Both the position numbers and the translations under genes were made by a program. A model generated the notes under the pieces. That model was not told where the DNA came from, made no database searches, and saw only the letters and a list, made by a program, of their open reading frames with translations. A DNA stretch of 64,000 nt from a virus (taxonomy: Duplodnaviria; Heunggongvirae; Uroviricota; Caudoviricetes). Positions within the stretch are counted from its first letter, which is position 1. The number at the start of each line of letters is the position of its first letter. This document shows, one piece after another, positions 43,758 through 54,045 of the stretch. Where the stretch lies: the IMG/VR virus record IMGVR_UViG_3300034093_001947. One strand, written 5' to 3'.

Positions 43758-44758
43758 AAGTTATTTTAGTCACTGGCGGTAGTGGCTACGTAGGTAGTCA
43801 TGTTGCAAAAATGCTTTTCGAGCATGGGTATTTTCCTGTTGTATTTGACATGCAGGCCAAAGCAAGGCCGTGGGCAAGTCCCCATTGGCCTGCTGTTTGC
43901 GGAGACATAAACAACAAATGGTCATTAGACTTGTTATTTGAACAGTGGCAATTTGATGCAGTTATACACCTTGCCGCTAGTAGCGAAGTTGGTGCGAGTG
44001 TTACTGATCCATTAAGATACTATCAAAACAATGTAGGCGGAACAGCCGAGTTGTTGCGAGCCTGTGCAAAACATAACGTAACCAAAGTTATTTTTAGTTC
44101 TACAAGTAGTGTCTACGGAGAGGTCAATATCAATAATCTTCCTACTAAAGAAGATCATGCTAAAACTCCAGTTACTAGTTACGGCTCAAGTAAATGGGCT
44201 GTTGAATGTATGCTACGAGATGTAGACATAGCACATAATATTAGGTCAGTTAGCTTACGATATTTTAATGCCAGCGGTGCTAGTCCGGATGGTACGATCG
44301 GAGAATTTCGTAACAGACCCACGCATTTGATTCCTAGCATACAAAATGTATACGACGGAAAAAAGGATGCGTTTGATATTTACGGAGTAGACTATCCTAC
44401 AAAGGATGGTAGTGCTGTTCGTGACTTTACTCACATATGGGACATTGCAGATGCACATTTAAAAGCATTGCAGTATCTTGATGCAGGCGGAAAAACTGAT
44501 GCAGTTAACATAGGTGCAGGGTCCGGCAAGAGTGTCTTAGAGATGTTAATCGAATACCAAGACCAAAAAGACCAAGCAATCACTGTTAACATAACGCCAA
44601 GAAGGCCCGGCGATATCCCTATGAATTATGCAGACATTGCCAAGGCAAAAAGCATTCTCGATTGGGAGCCAAAAATGAGTAGTGCTAAAAAAATTATAGA
44701 AGATGCTATTCAATGGTATTCAAGTGACCTTTACAAAGAACTAGCGAGTAATTCATGA
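43754..44758 (+). CDS. galE: UDP-glucose 4-epimerase
   Basis: TGGSGYVGSH, SSTSSVYG, YGSSK, LRYFN, DG..VRD..H. Confidence 0.9.
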   Translation: MKVILVTGGSGYVGSHVAKMLFEHGYFPVVFDMQAKARPWASPHWPAVCGDINNKWSLDLLFEQWQFDAVIHLAASSEVGASVTDPLRYYQNNVGGTAELLRACAKHNVTKVIFSSTSSVYGEVNINNLPTKEDHAKTPVTSYGSSKWAVECMLRDVDIAHNIRSVSLRYFNASGASPDGTIGEFRNRPTHLIPSIQNVYDGKKDAFDIYGVDYPTKDGSAVRDFTHIWDIADAHLKALQYLDAGGKTDAVNIGAGSGKSVLEMLIEYQDQKDQAITVNITPRRPGDIPMNYADIAKAKSILDWEPKMSSAKKIIEDAIQWYSSDLYKELASNS

Positions 44759-45111
44759 TCGAAGTATTAATCATATTGGCATTGTTACAGATCAAGCATT
44801 GGTACATCGACTTTGTTAACCAAACAACTGAAGAAGTACAGCACAAAGGAATTTACCTTAATTGGTTAGGTGTTAAGCATAGTCTTAAACACGGAGTTGC
44901 TACTGCGGCTATCTTGTTCTTATTCACTCCAGTAAGTTGGGCAATCTTATTGGGGTTTATTGATTTCGTATTGCATTATCATATTGACTGGACTAAAATG
45001 AATAAAGGCAATAGAGACATCACCACTCCTCAGTTCTGGAATCATCTAGGACTTGACCAAATGGCCCACCAACTAGTTTACCTAGTAATTGTAGCAGTAC
45101 TAATAGTATGA
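44755..45111 (+). CDS. Membrane protein, DUF3307-like
   Basis: KH..ID, HSLKHG, HYHID..K, GLDQMAH. Confidence 0.65.
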   Translation: MIEVLIILALLQIKHWYIDFVNQTTEEVQHKGIYLNWLGVKHSLKHGVATAAILFLFTPVSWAILLGFIDFVLHYHIDWTKMNKGNRDITTPQFWNHLGLDQMAHQLVYLVIVAVLIV

Positions 45112-45590
45112 AAAAAGAATATAACATTAAAGACAGAGTTTGGATTCATTTAGGTGAACGTAAACTTGTAGAAGGTAGAGTGGTGGAAATTATTGACCTA
45201 GTACATTTAAAAGAAGGACATAGTTCCGATCGTGAACTATACATTATCGAACTTAAAACAGGAATTGACGACGTTTACGAAGTTAGAGATTACGATCAGA
45301 TTAGTCCTGATGCTAGAGGTCCCATTAATTTGTTTAGGAATAGTAAAACTGATATCCTAAAGAATCAACGATACTTGAATAAAGTAGGCATTAAGATGCC
45401 AGTAGATGGACCAAATCCTCTTGAAGATATTGCCAATGAAATTAATAGTGAGCTTGCTAGAAATGACGAAGGTCCAACTATTGAAGAAATTCATGCAGCA
45501 CTTGATAAGAGTTTAAAAGACACTGAGCACCAACCTCTAAATTTAAAAACAGATAAACCTAAGCGTAGATACTTTAAAAAGAAAAAATAA
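45108..45590 (+). CDS. Hypothetical protein
   Basis: ORF track. Confidence 0.6.
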   Translation: MKKEYNIKDRVWIHLGERKLVEGRVVEIIDLVHLKEGHSSDRELYIIELKTGIDDVYEVRDYDQISPDARGPINLFRNSKTDILKNQRYLNKVGIKMPVDGPNPLEDIANEINSELARNDEGPTIEEIHAALDKSLKDTEHQPLNLKTDKPKRRYFKKKK

Positions 45591-45937
45591 TGAATAGTGA
45601 TCCCTGGATTGGTGTCCTTGAGCAATTAGAGCCCAATTATCAAGACCTTAAGTATATGTCAGAACACGCACCTAAGATTAGACTAGTATTGCGTAAAGTT
45701 AATCTAGCATGGCGTGTGCGAATCGAAGAAGATTGGGAACACGTATCTGATGACGAACAGTATCTTTATTACACAGCAGATTACGGCAATTTAGATACAA
45801 GATGCGAATGGTCTGCTACTCAACTAAAAGATTGGAAGTTAGTTAATCGCCTTAGTTATCAAGAATGGAAGTTTTGGAAACGTGAAGACGCCGATAAATT
45901 TTTAACCATATTCAATTTAAAATGGTCATGTCAGTAA
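45590..45937 (+). CDS. Small phage hypothetical (..DA.KF....LKW motif)
   Basis: ORF track. Confidence 0.6.
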   Translation: MNSDPWIGVLEQLEPNYQDLKYMSEHAPKIRLVLRKVNLAWRVRIEEDWEHVSDDEQYLYYTADYGNLDTRCEWSATQLKDWKLVNRLSYQEWKFWKREDADKFLTIFNLKWSCQ

Positions 45938-46233
45938 GATGTCAAGTTATTGAAGAAAACGGTACTAGCCGAGTAGTAGAAATACATAAAGTAGTAGTAC
46001 ACCGATTTATGATGGGTGATGTTGACGACCCAGACTTGTATGCGGCTCAGCCATTATGGGAATGGGAAAAAAGCGAAGCTGGACAATATGTAATGGAACA
46101 CGCTATAGATAAACCAGAATGGCATAGGAACATTAGTCACTTGACAATGGGACACGAATATGCTATAATAGCTGAGTTAGAAAAGAAAAAACTGTCAGAA
46201 TTTTATTTAAAGTTTGGAAAAGTAAATGCGTAA
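45922..46233 (+). CDS. Small phage hypothetical
   Basis: ORF track; ends ..F.LKFG. Confidence 0.6.
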   Translation: MVMSVRCQVIEENGTSRVVEIHKVVVHRFMMGDVDDPDLYAAQPLWEWEKSEAGQYVMEHAIDKPEWHRNISHLTMGHEYAIIAELEKKKLSEFYLKFGKVNA

Positions 46234-47062
46234 TCACTATTGGACATGCTCAAAGTTTGCGGATTGGATCCGCGGCACAGCCAAACTCAAGGCTGGCACA
46301 TCAGAAGAATGGGACGAATGGACTACTACTGCACAAATGCGACACAACTTCCGCTACTGGTTAGCAGAAGAAGGTTTAGATTACTTACAAAAAATTGTTT
46401 ATTTTATTCCGGACAAACTACATGCTATCAAGTACTACATTAACAACCGTTGGGTTAGTCGGACTCATAGTCTTACCGCTCATCCCCGGGATATTAAGCC
46501 TGGCCAGTGGCAAGACGTGGGGAACCGCTTTCTGCCTTGCCTATTCAATGAGCTGGTTGATTTTGTTGAGATAGAATCAGCGTGGAGTCATATTGCTTGG
46601 GGCGACAAAGAAGCTCGTGCCAAATACAATCCTCCATTCTATGCAAGTGGTTGGTGGCGTTGGAGAACTTGGCGTTGTCCCCAAGCTGGCCTTGATCACC
46701 TTGACTGGGCCATGACATTGACCATGGGCTCAGACTGGGGTGTGGAAGAAGACAATCTAAACTTTGGCAAGCCCACTGGACAAGCTATCCGTGCCAAAGA
46801 GCTTAAAGAGCTTTATGTTTGGTGGACTGTAACCTATCGCAATCGTCCTGACCCCTACGATGTAAGTGGCTGGACAGAATACTGCGAAAAGTCTCGGTTA
46901 CTTAACGATGGCAGACTCTTTGGCAGCAAGAAGACTCCCGAACTTGAAGAACTCAGCACACGTTCACATGAACTACTGCAAAAGATCGAAGCTGACTATA
47001 CGGCTGAAGACGAAGCCATGATGATCCGTTTGATCAAGGCACGTGACAGTCTTTGGACATGA
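46226..47062 (+). CDS. Trp-rich hypothetical protein
   Basis: ORF track, 278 aa. Confidence 0.7.
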   Translation: MRNHYWTCSKFADWIRGTAKLKAGTSEEWDEWTTTAQMRHNFRYWLAEEGLDYLQKIVYFIPDKLHAIKYYINNRWVSRTHSLTAHPRDIKPGQWQDVGNRFLPCLFNELVDFVEIESAWSHIAWGDKEARAKYNPPFYASGWWRWRTWRCPQAGLDHLDWAMTLTMGSDWGVEEDNLNFGKPTGQAIRAKELKELYVWWTVTYRNRPDPYDVSGWTEYCEKSRLLNDGRLFGSKKTPELEELSTRSHELLQKIEADYTAEDEAMMIRLIKARDSLWT

Positions 47063-47244
47063 TCCTAAGAATAATAACTATTGCAATAGTTCTAAGCATT
47101 CCTATATTGATTTTAGTCAATAATAGGTTGCCTAGAGTGCATTATTATAACTGCGAAATTGCAGAGTTTCATCCCGATTACCCGATTGCGGTTAAAGAAG
47201 AGTGCCGTAAGATTCGTTCAGATTCAAAACAAGTAACTATATGA
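47053..47244 (+). CDS. Small membrane-anchored hypothetical
   Basis: N-terminal hydrophobic helix; C..AE..PD.P..VKEECR. Confidence 0.55.
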   Translation: MDMILRIITIAIVLSIPILILVNNRLPRVHYYNCEIAEFHPDYPIAVKEECRKIRSDSKQVTI

Positions 47245-47777
47245 AACCTAGTAAAAGTCCAGACCGACATACCTTTCAAAAAGAAGGATATGTCGAACGT
47301 ATGAAAGAAAAAGGCGAAGAACCTAGTCAAGACTACTTGGACATGTTTCAAAAGATTTTAGAAGAAGCTGATCTAAAATGGCAAACTCCAGAGTCCAAGA
47401 TTGATAACATGGAATACGATCTAGTAACCACTGATTGGATTTTGGCAAAAGTTCGTGCTAACAAATCATATGCCCAAAATCTTTATGCCGCAATCTGCAA
47501 CAACGATTTCCAAAAGTTAGCAGTCATTCCTATCCTAACTGAAAAAACTTGGAGTGCCAGTTGGAGATCGGCTGGGGGCATTATTGCAGATATGCGTCAA
47601 GAGGGCGACTACATCGATTGGTATTGTTCGGGTATTCGAAACGACGGCAATTATGATCCAGAAATAAACATCAAGTTCCCAAACGGATATGTTCCGGAAA
47701 AGGTAGTTACTGATGAGATTCGAGAAGACCTAAAACGACTTGGTTGGATAGTCGTGGACCAAAATGATGAATTCTAA
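47241..47777 (+). CDS. Hypothetical protein
   Basis: ORF track. Confidence 0.65.
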   Translation: MKPSKSPDRHTFQKEGYVERMKEKGEEPSQDYLDMFQKILEEADLKWQTPESKIDNMEYDLVTTDWILAKVRANKSYAQNLYAAICNNDFQKLAVIPILTEKTWSASWRSAGGIIADMRQEGDYIDWYCSGIRNDGNYDPEINIKFPNGYVPEKVVTDEIREDLKRLGWIVVDQNDEF

Positions 47778-48055
47778 TGAGCAAACCAATTGTATTAAAT
47801 TTGGAGCAATGGCTCCGTCTGCATTCTCAACTGACTAAAGATACCCCTCCCAGTGTAATGCTTATTCGAGATAAGATGAAGTCTGTTTTAGGATTTACTG
47901 TTAGGAGACATGCAGTATGGAAAACGGATTCAGATTTTGGACACAAATACCTGAAAGAATCTATACACTTGGATTTTTACAACGAGCCAAAACGCACCAT
48001 GTTTCTGCTGAAATATAGTGAATATTTGGACAAAACTGGTATTACCGACTCTTGA
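47777..48055 (+). CDS. Small phage hypothetical (F.NE...TMFLLKY)
   Basis: ORF track. Confidence 0.6.
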   Translation: MSKPIVLNLEQWLRLHSQLTKDTPPSVMLIRDKMKSVLGFTVRRHAVWKTDSDFGHKYLKESIHLDFYNEPKRTMFLLKYSEYLDKTGITDS

Positions 48056-48080
48056 CAAAGCCCCCAATTGGCTATATAAT
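48052..48080 (+). promoter_or_regulatory. sigma70-type promoter
   Basis: TTGACA-17-TATAAT. Confidence 0.9.
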
Positions 48081-48111
48081 AATAACATACTGAAACACAA
48101 AGGAGCGACAC

Positions 48112-49326
48112 ATGGCAACAGTTGCAGGCATCAAGATCAAACCCAAAGTTAAAAAAGAAAAAATCACTAGCCAAAGCATTCGTGAGAATGCCAAACGTGA
48201 CTATAGCCCAAAGTGGGACAATACCGCAGAGCTAACTGGCGAAGAATTTAATCGTCACTTCCGTGGTGCTATGGCCTACTACCGTTTGGAAAAGACTAAT
48301 AAGGATCTTAAGCCAGCAGTTATCAACTGGATGGCAGCAAACGGCTACGACAAGTCAGACATCAAAGCATTTAAAGACACTAAGGACAGTCGTTGCGGTA
48401 CAACTATGGGCAGTGTTGCCGCTTGCCTGCTTCGTGGTATGCCAGAAGTTCATGAAGACTTTAATCAAGGTCGAGACACTGCACAATGGTTGCGAAACGA
48501 AATTGCCAAGGTAATTGAGCAAGGTGCTGATGACGAAGTTGAAGATGACAAAGAAATAAAATCTGCAAAAATTACAGTAGCACAACCTACTATTCAAGAT
48601 CGTATGCGTGAGGCTGCTGGCACAATGAGCGAAGAACTCGATGCCGCCATCGACAGCTGGATCTTAGACCCAGAAGCATTCAATCCCAAGGATATCAAGA
48701 TTATTAATCTGTTGCGTAGTAAAGGTGCCAAGGCCGCCCACTCACGTTTTATTAAACAGTATTTTCAGCGAAACTTTGATGAACTAGCCGAACTGGCTAG
48801 TGGTAATGCCGATGAACAGTTGCGTGAAGCGTATAAGCACAACAGTCGAAAGAATGTTAAGAAACTGATTGAGTTCTACGAAATGATTATGGCTGCATGT
48901 GAACAGATTGCCGCCGAACAGAAAATTCTAAAGAAGCCACGTGCTAAGAAAGTTAAGCCAGCAGAAGAGCTAGTGGCAAAACTCAAATTTAAACCTATTG
49001 ACGATAAACTAGGTGTAGTGTCAGTGCCGGCTGCGGGCTTGATCGGAGCACAGGCGGCAGTTATTTACAACAGCAAGACTCGAAAAATTGGTATCTATAT
49101 TGCTAAGACATCAGCCGGGCTGAGTGTCAAAGGTACTAGTATTGCTGAGTTTACTGAAAAGAGCTTCCAGAAAACTCTGCGTAAGCCGGCAGATCAACTA
49201 CGTGAGTTTAAAGAACAGAACACTCAGAGACGAGTTACAGATTGGTTTGGTAAGATTAAAGCTACCGAGACTATTATGAACGGGCGTATGAATGTGGACA
49301 TTATGATTTTAAAGGTGTTTAAATGA
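48112..49326 (+). CDS. Hypothetical protein (404 aa, early-type)
   Basis: Strong AAGGAG SD; sigma70 promoter upstream. Confidence 0.75.
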   Translation: MATVAGIKIKPKVKKEKITSQSIRENAKRDYSPKWDNTAELTGEEFNRHFRGAMAYYRLEKTNKDLKPAVINWMAANGYDKSDIKAFKDTKDSRCGTTMGSVAACLLRGMPEVHEDFNQGRDTAQWLRNEIAKVIEQGADDEVEDDKEIKSAKITVAQPTIQDRMREAAGTMSEELDAAIDSWILDPEAFNPKDIKIINLLRSKGAKAAHSRFIKQYFQRNFDELAELASGNADEQLREAYKHNSRKNVKKLIEFYEMIMAACEQIAAEQKILKKPRAKKVKPAEELVAKLKFKPIDDKLGVVSVPAAGLIGAQAAVIYNSKTRKIGIYIAKTSAGLSVKGTSIAEFTEKSFQKTLRKPADQLREFKEQNTQRRVTDWFGKIKATETIMNGRMNVDIMILKVFK

Positions 49327-49541
49327 ATGTTGTAGAAACAGTTATGTGGAGGAAATACTCCATTGACTTAAACACTGGACCAGAGCTAGAATACATTAAC
49401 ATGGCTGTGGAGTTAACTAACAATCGATGTGTGACTATATGTAAAGAAGTTCAAGAAAGTTTTGAAATTAGCCCTCGATTAAAACCTGTAGTAGTACAAG
49501 TAATTGATGCGTGTACGACAAAAATTAAAGTAACTAAATGA
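49323..49541 (+). CDS. Hypothetical protein
   Basis: ORF track. Confidence 0.5.
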   Translation: MNVVETVMWRKYSIDLNTGPELEYINMAVELTNNRCVTICKEVQESFEISPRLKPVVVQVIDACTTKIKVTK

Positions 49542-50314
49542 AGAATATTATTTTAATAATGTGTCTTGCCTCTGCGGCAGTTGGATGTACTACAGTTCCT
49601 GAGTCATATTATCCAACAAAGGACACTAACTATCACACTAACGGAATTCCTATTGAGGAAAAGTATGTTTTTAAGGAAGTAAAAAATACTCCAAGGCCAA
49701 CTGTTATCATTGCACACGGGTGTGACGGCACTCAAAATCAGTCCTATAAAGAATGGTTAGTACAAGTTAGTCGTTGGGGTTACAATGGAGTTATGGTAGA
49801 TTCTTTTTTGCCAAGAGGTTTTTCTAACCTCTGTCATAGAGGATATGCAGTTAATCCCGAATTACGGGCATACGATATTGGCAAGTTAGTTGATTATATT
49901 AAAAAACAAACTTGGCATACTGGAAAAATAGCAGTAATAGGATTTAGCCACGGAGGCAGTACTGTGTTAAATCTAGCAAATAACGATCGGGTCAGCGGAG
50001 TAGATGCCGCAATAGCATATTATCCGAGCTGTTACAATAAGTATTTCAATTTTATAGGAAGAGATTGGTCAAGACCACAGTTTCCTGTGCAGATACATTT
50101 TGGAGATAAGGACACATGGACGCCGCCAGAATTATGTACAAATATAGAGAAATATGAATCACACATGTATAAAAATGCCACCCATGCGTTTGATATGAAT
50201 TTTCCATCAAGAGTTGCATACGGATATTACATGGAGTATAATTCAGAAGCAGACAGGCTCTCAAGAAAACGAACAAAAGAATTTTTAGATAAAAATTTAG
50301 TTGCAAACAAATAA
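49538..50314 (+). CDS. Dienelactone-hydrolase family alpha/beta hydrolase, lipoprotein
   Basis: AAVGC lipobox; HGC.G; GFSHGG; YYP; G..D; ATHAFD. Confidence 0.85.
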   Translation: MKNIILIMCLASAAVGCTTVPESYYPTKDTNYHTNGIPIEEKYVFKEVKNTPRPTVIIAHGCDGTQNQSYKEWLVQVSRWGYNGVMVDSFLPRGFSNLCHRGYAVNPELRAYDIGKLVDYIKKQTWHTGKIAVIGFSHGGSTVLNLANNDRVSGVDAAIAYYPSCYNKYFNFIGRDWSRPQFPVQIHFGDKDTWTPPELCTNIEKYESHMYKNATHAFDMNFPSRVAYGYYMEYNSEADRLSRKRTKEFLDKNLVANK

Positions 50315-50345
50315 ACAATCTGCTACAATAAACAAAGGAAAAATT

Positions 50346-50966
50346 ATGCTAGTACCAATGGTAATCGAAAAAACAAGTTCGGGAGAACGTGCATTTGACA
50401 TTTTTAGTCGACTGCTGAACGAACGAATTGTTTTCTTAAATGGTCCAGTTGATGACCATAGTGCCAATTTGATTGTGGCACAGATGCTGCATCTTGAAAG
50501 TCAAGATGCAGCCAAAGACATTCATTTTTACATTAACAGTCCTGGCGGAGTAGTCACCGCTGGACTTAGCATCTACGATGTTATGCAGTTTATCAAACCA
50601 GATGTCTGCACTTATGTTATGGGACAAGCCTGCTCTATGGGCTCTTTCCTTGCACAAGCAGGTGCCAGGGGTAAACGATTTGTACTTCCAGAGGCTCGAA
50701 CAATGATCCATCGTGTTAGTTCAGGAACACGGGGCACAAGCGGATCAGTTCATGTACAAGATCTGCAATTTGAAGATGCTAAACGTAGTTTTGAAGAATC
50801 TAAACGAGTAAACGAACGGCTGACTCAGCTGTATGTCAAACACAATACTGCTGGGAAAACATACGAAGAAATGTTCGAAACTATGAAGTTTGACACATTT
50901 TTAAGTGCCGCAGAGGCTGTACAGCACGGTCTTGCTGATCAAGTAGTGGAAAATAGACCCGTATAA
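50346..50966 (+). CDS. clpP: ATP-dependent Clp protease proteolytic subunit
   Basis: LVPMVIE...[30 protein letters not shown]. Confidence 0.9.
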   Translation: MLVPMVIEKTSSGERAFDIFSRLLNERIVFLNGPVDDHSANLIVAQMLHLESQDAAKDIHFYINSPGGVVTAGLSIYDVMQFIKPDVCTYVMGQACSMGSFLAQAGARGKRFVLPEARTMIHRVSSGTRGTSGSVHVQDLQFEDAKRSFEESKRVNERLTQLYVKHNTAGKTYEEMFETMKFDTFLSAAEAVQHGLADQVVENRPV

Positions 50967-51045
50967 TCGTTCCTAAACTGTAGAGCCCCTATGTGCTAAA
51001 TACACAAAAGCACTTAGGGGCTTCTCACATTTACGGAACAACACC

Positions 51046-52125
51046 ATGGTAAAGACATTTGATGCAGGTAATCTAGAAAATATTCCACGCGGCAGCTTAT
51101 TAATTGTAGAAAACGATTTTAGCGGCGATGTTATTGATGGCGGAACAATTACCAATTTTGGTAGCACAGGTATTAAAGATCTTGCTACAAAACAGACGTT
51201 AGTTGTAGAAGATGATAAAATTACAGTACAGACACTGAATGTAAAGAACATCGAAGGTAACACTACATTCCGAGGGGATGTTAAAATCTATGGTGTACTA
51301 GATGCAGGATTTGTTCGTACTACAGAAATTATCACAAATCAGATTTATGAAAAGCAATATCTAGAGTTTGCACACGGAGAAAGCGGTACAAACGTAGGTA
51401 CAGGATTGTTATGGCCAGGTGCCCCTTACAATAAACAATTGGTGTTGATGGCTGGTCCTGATCGATTCTTTAGTACAGAAAGCATCGAAATTGCCAAAGG
51501 CAGAAACTATCTTATTGGTGGTGCCAGTGTACTTACTAGCGAAAGCCTGGGCAGTAGCATTGTTAATTCCAGTTTAAAAACTGTAGGAACACTCCGTGAC
51601 TTAAATGTAAGTGGTGCTGTAAACTTTAACGACTTTGTTTTTTACAACCCCATTGCTAATAGATTCAGCCTAGGACAAGATGCTCCTACTGCATTGTTTA
51701 CAGTTTACGATTATCCAAATAATGTTGAAGTAGTTATTGATTCAGACGATCGAGGCCGTGGCCGCATCGGTACTCTGAATACCAAGGCACTGGACATTAT
51801 TACAGATGACCAAGTTCGCGTAAGTATTGATGAACAGGGCCATATTACATTTGGACATGAACTCCGTGACAGCACAGTTATTCGTGCATACGGTAAACTG
51901 GCCATCAACGTGAAGAATCCAACTGAAGCATTTGAAGTTGGTGGGAATGTTCGAATTGGCGGAAAGCTACAGATGCGTGGAGTTGAACCTCCAACACAAG
52001 GTGCTTACCAACAAGGAGACATTGTATGGAATGACAATCCTCTACCACAGGGCTTCATTGGTTGGGTCTGTGTCAGATCTGGCACTCCGGGCACTTGGAA
52101 GAATTTTGGTGAAATTAGAGCTTAA
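51046..52125 (+). CDS. Putative virion/tail-fibre-related protein
   Basis: Beta-rich; SSL..VGTL repeat; C-terminal GD.VWN..P..G..GWVC...G.PG.W..FG. Confidence 0.55.
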   Translation: MVKTFDAGNLENIPRGSLLIVENDFSGDVIDGGTITNFGSTGIKDLATKQTLVVEDDKITVQTLNVKNIEGNTTFRGDVKIYGVLDAGFVRTTEIITNQIYEKQYLEFAHGESGTNVGTGLLWPGAPYNKQLVLMAGPDRFFSTESIEIAKGRNYLIGGASVLTSESLGSSIVNSSLKTVGTLRDLNVSGAVNFNDFVFYNPIANRFSLGQDAPTALFTVYDYPNNVEVVIDSDDRGRGRIGTLNTKALDIITDDQVRVSIDEQGHITFGHELRDSTVIRAYGKLAINVKNPTEAFEVGGNVRIGGKLQMRGVEPPTQGAYQQGDIVWNDNPLPQGFIGWVCVRSGTPGTWKNFGEIRA

Positions 52126-52129
52126 ACAC

Positions 52130-52158
52130 TTGACAGAATAAATATCTGCCTATATAAT
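52130..52158 (+). promoter_or_regulatory. sigma70-type promoter of queD
   Basis: TTGACA-17-TATAAT. Confidence 0.9.
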
Positions 52159-52165
52159 AGTTACT

Positions 52166-52213
52166 AGCGGTCTTTAACGACTTTCACCCCGCTTTATAAA
52201 TTCTGCATGTCGT
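52166..52213 (+). promoter_or_regulatory. Candidate pseudoknotted cis-regulatory RNA (preQ1-like) in the queD leader
   Basis: AGCGG/CCGCT stem; loop ACGAC pairs with downstream GTCGT; A-rich TTATAAA linker. Confidence 0.5.
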
Positions 52214-52244
52214 CAAACTTGCTACCTTACAAAGGAGACTAGAG

Positions 52245-52751
52245 ATGGCAAATCTACAACCCGTACAATATAAGTACACCTCGACAAAAGAGTATCACGA
52301 TGCTTTTCCATGTGCATATCGCCAATGGAGAGCCGATAGTCACTGTAACCTAAATCACGGATACAGTTTTTCAATGAAGTTCTATTTTGGAACTAACGAC
52401 CTAGACGTTCGTAATTGGGCGGCTGACTACGGTGGCTTAAAAGAACTTAAAAAAATCTTAGAAGATCAATTTGATCACACTACCCTAGTTAGTGCCGACG
52501 ATCCAGAACTAGAATTCTATAAAGAGATGGAACGCCGTAAGTTAGCAAAGCTAACAATACTGCCAGCATTAGGTTGCGAAGCACTGAGCGATATGCTGTA
52601 CAAGTATGTGAATGGTGTTTACATTCCAGACATGTGGGGTGACGGTGAAAGCAAACGTCTTTGGTGTTATCGTGTAGAAGTACGTGAAACCCAAAGTAAC
52701 ATGGCATTCCGTGAAGGTCATCGTGAATGGAATGAAGATCTATTTGCGTAA
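52245..52751 (+). CDS. queD: 6-pyruvoyl-tetrahydropterin / 6-carboxytetrahydropterin synthase
   Basis: CAYRQW...HC..NHGYS, DYG.LK.....DQFDH, E; AAGGAG SD. Confidence 0.8.
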   Translation: MANLQPVQYKYTSTKEYHDAFPCAYRQWRADSHCNLNHGYSFSMKFYFGTNDLDVRNWAADYGGLKELKKILEDQFDHTTLVSADDPELEFYKEMERRKLAKLTILPALGCEALSDMLYKYVNGVYIPDMWGDGESKRLWCYRVEVRETQSNMAFREGHREWNEDLFA

Positions 52752-52902
52752 AGTATGGAGACTTTGGGCCAAGGCCCTAGGTGAAAAAATGGGCGATACT
52801 GATCGAGAAGCTGATCGTATTGCCCTTATTCGTACACTAATTGTATCTGTGTACATGATAACCAATTTGTTCATTATTGCTGGTGTTATTAGACATTGGT
52901 GA
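52732..52902 (+). CDS. Small membrane protein
   Basis: WRLWAKALGEK.G..D.EAD.IA.IRT. Confidence 0.55.
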   Translation: MKIYLRKVWRLWAKALGEKMGDTDREADRIALIRTLIVSVYMITNLFIIAGVIRHW

Positions 52903-52931
52903 TTGACAATGCTACATAAATCCTGTACAAT
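52903..52931 (+). promoter_or_regulatory. sigma70-type promoter
   Basis: TTGACA-17-TACAAT. Confidence 0.8.
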
Positions 52932-52948
52932 AAGATATTACTAGAAAG

Positions 52949-53131
52949 GTGTTTATGTGGAATTCATTTCGTAATTGGTACATTTATAATCAAGATCAAA
53001 TTACTTGGTTTATTATTGGATGGCTGACTTTTGCCGGCATTGATAGTATTGCTCGCGGTAACTACATTTGGGCACTTGTTAACTTTGCTCTTGTATACGT
53101 TAACTATAAATTTTCAAAGGTGAGAATGTGA
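52949..53131 (+). CDS. Small membrane protein
   Basis: Two hydrophobic segments. Confidence 0.55.
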   Translation: MFMWNSFRNWYIYNQDQITWFIIGWLTFAGIDSIARGNYIWALVNFALVYVNYKFSKVRM

Positions 53132-53436
53132 TTGACTTTGCAGGTACCTCTAACCCTGTGGAAACACAGTATCAAGTTATTAAAGACATCCTCTATCAAG
53201 GTGTTTGTGAAGTTGAGTTTACTAAAGTAAGTGGCGAGCTTCGAGTCATGAAGTGTACGCTTCATAAAGATTGGATGCCTAGTGAAGCAATTCGCGAACA
53301 TCATCAAACCCGTCTGCTAGATTTAGAAACCGTTCCGGTTTTTGATACAGACAAACAAGAATGGCGTAGTTTCAAAACTATGCGTGTACTAACCGTTAAA
53401 TTAATAGATCATGGAACAGAAACACTGGACACTTAA
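53128..53436 (+). CDS. WYL_2/Sm-like SH3-barrel protein
   Basis: V.FTKV.GE.R.M.CTL, VFD.DKQEWRSF. Confidence 0.65.
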   Translation: MIDFAGTSNPVETQYQVIKDILYQGVCEVEFTKVSGELRVMKCTLHKDWMPSEAIREHHQTRLLDLETVPVFDTDKQEWRSFKTMRVLTVKLIDHGTETLDT

Positions 53437-53881
53437 TATAGAAGAAGATCCCGCAACAGGAGATGCTATCCTAATGTTCCCTCCAGAACTGCTAGAGAAG
53501 GCAGGATGGAAAGAAGGGGACACGATAGAGTGGATTGATCGTAAAGACGGTTCTTGGGAACTTAAAAAGAAAGAACCAACTCAATGGGTGCTAGTTGAAT
53601 GTGTTAGCACATTTCGTGAACGCTATATGGTTGAAGTGCCAGTAGGTGTAGACCAGTACGGTAAAGATAAAACTCTATGGGCATTAGATACTGTAACAAT
53701 GAACGAAGCTAAAGAATTTAGCCAAGAACATATCGGCGAACAAATTGTGTCTCATCGTGTTGTTACTAAGGAAGAAGCACTGGCGTTGTGCGATAAAGAC
53801 AACGACTATGGTACTTCTTGGGATGAAGATACAAAAATCAAAAACTTTTTTACAACTTGGAAAGAACAAGTAAATGACTGA
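53411..53881 (+). CDS. AbrB/MazE-like N-terminal domain protein
   Basis: EED..TGD.IL.FPPELL...GW.EGD.IEW. Confidence 0.6.
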   Translation: MEQKHWTLNIEEDPATGDAILMFPPELLEKAGWKEGDTIEWIDRKDGSWELKKKEPTQWVLVECVSTFRERYMVEVPVGVDQYGKDKTLWALDTVTMNEAKEFSQEHIGEQIVSHRVVTKEEALALCDKDNDYGTSWDEDTKIKNFFTTWKEQVND

Positions 53882-54044
53882 TACTAGCCAGGTTGTTACT
53901 CTAGAGGGAGATCCGGAGCATCCTGGAAAATTAATGATGCCTTTCCCTCCTGATCTATTGGCTCAAATGGGGTGGGACTACGGTGATGTACTAGTTTGGA
54001 AAGATTATAACGACAGTGGTTTTTCACTTTCTAAGAAAGAATAA
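53874..54044 (+). CDS. Small AbrB/MazE-like protein
   Basis: Manual: MTDTSQVVTLEGDPEHPGKLMMPFPPDLLAQMGWDYGDVLVW... Confidence 0.6.
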   Translation: MTDTSQVVTLEGDPEHPGKLMMPFPPDLLAQMGWDYGDVLVWKDYNDSGFSLSKKE

Positions 54045-54045
54045 A

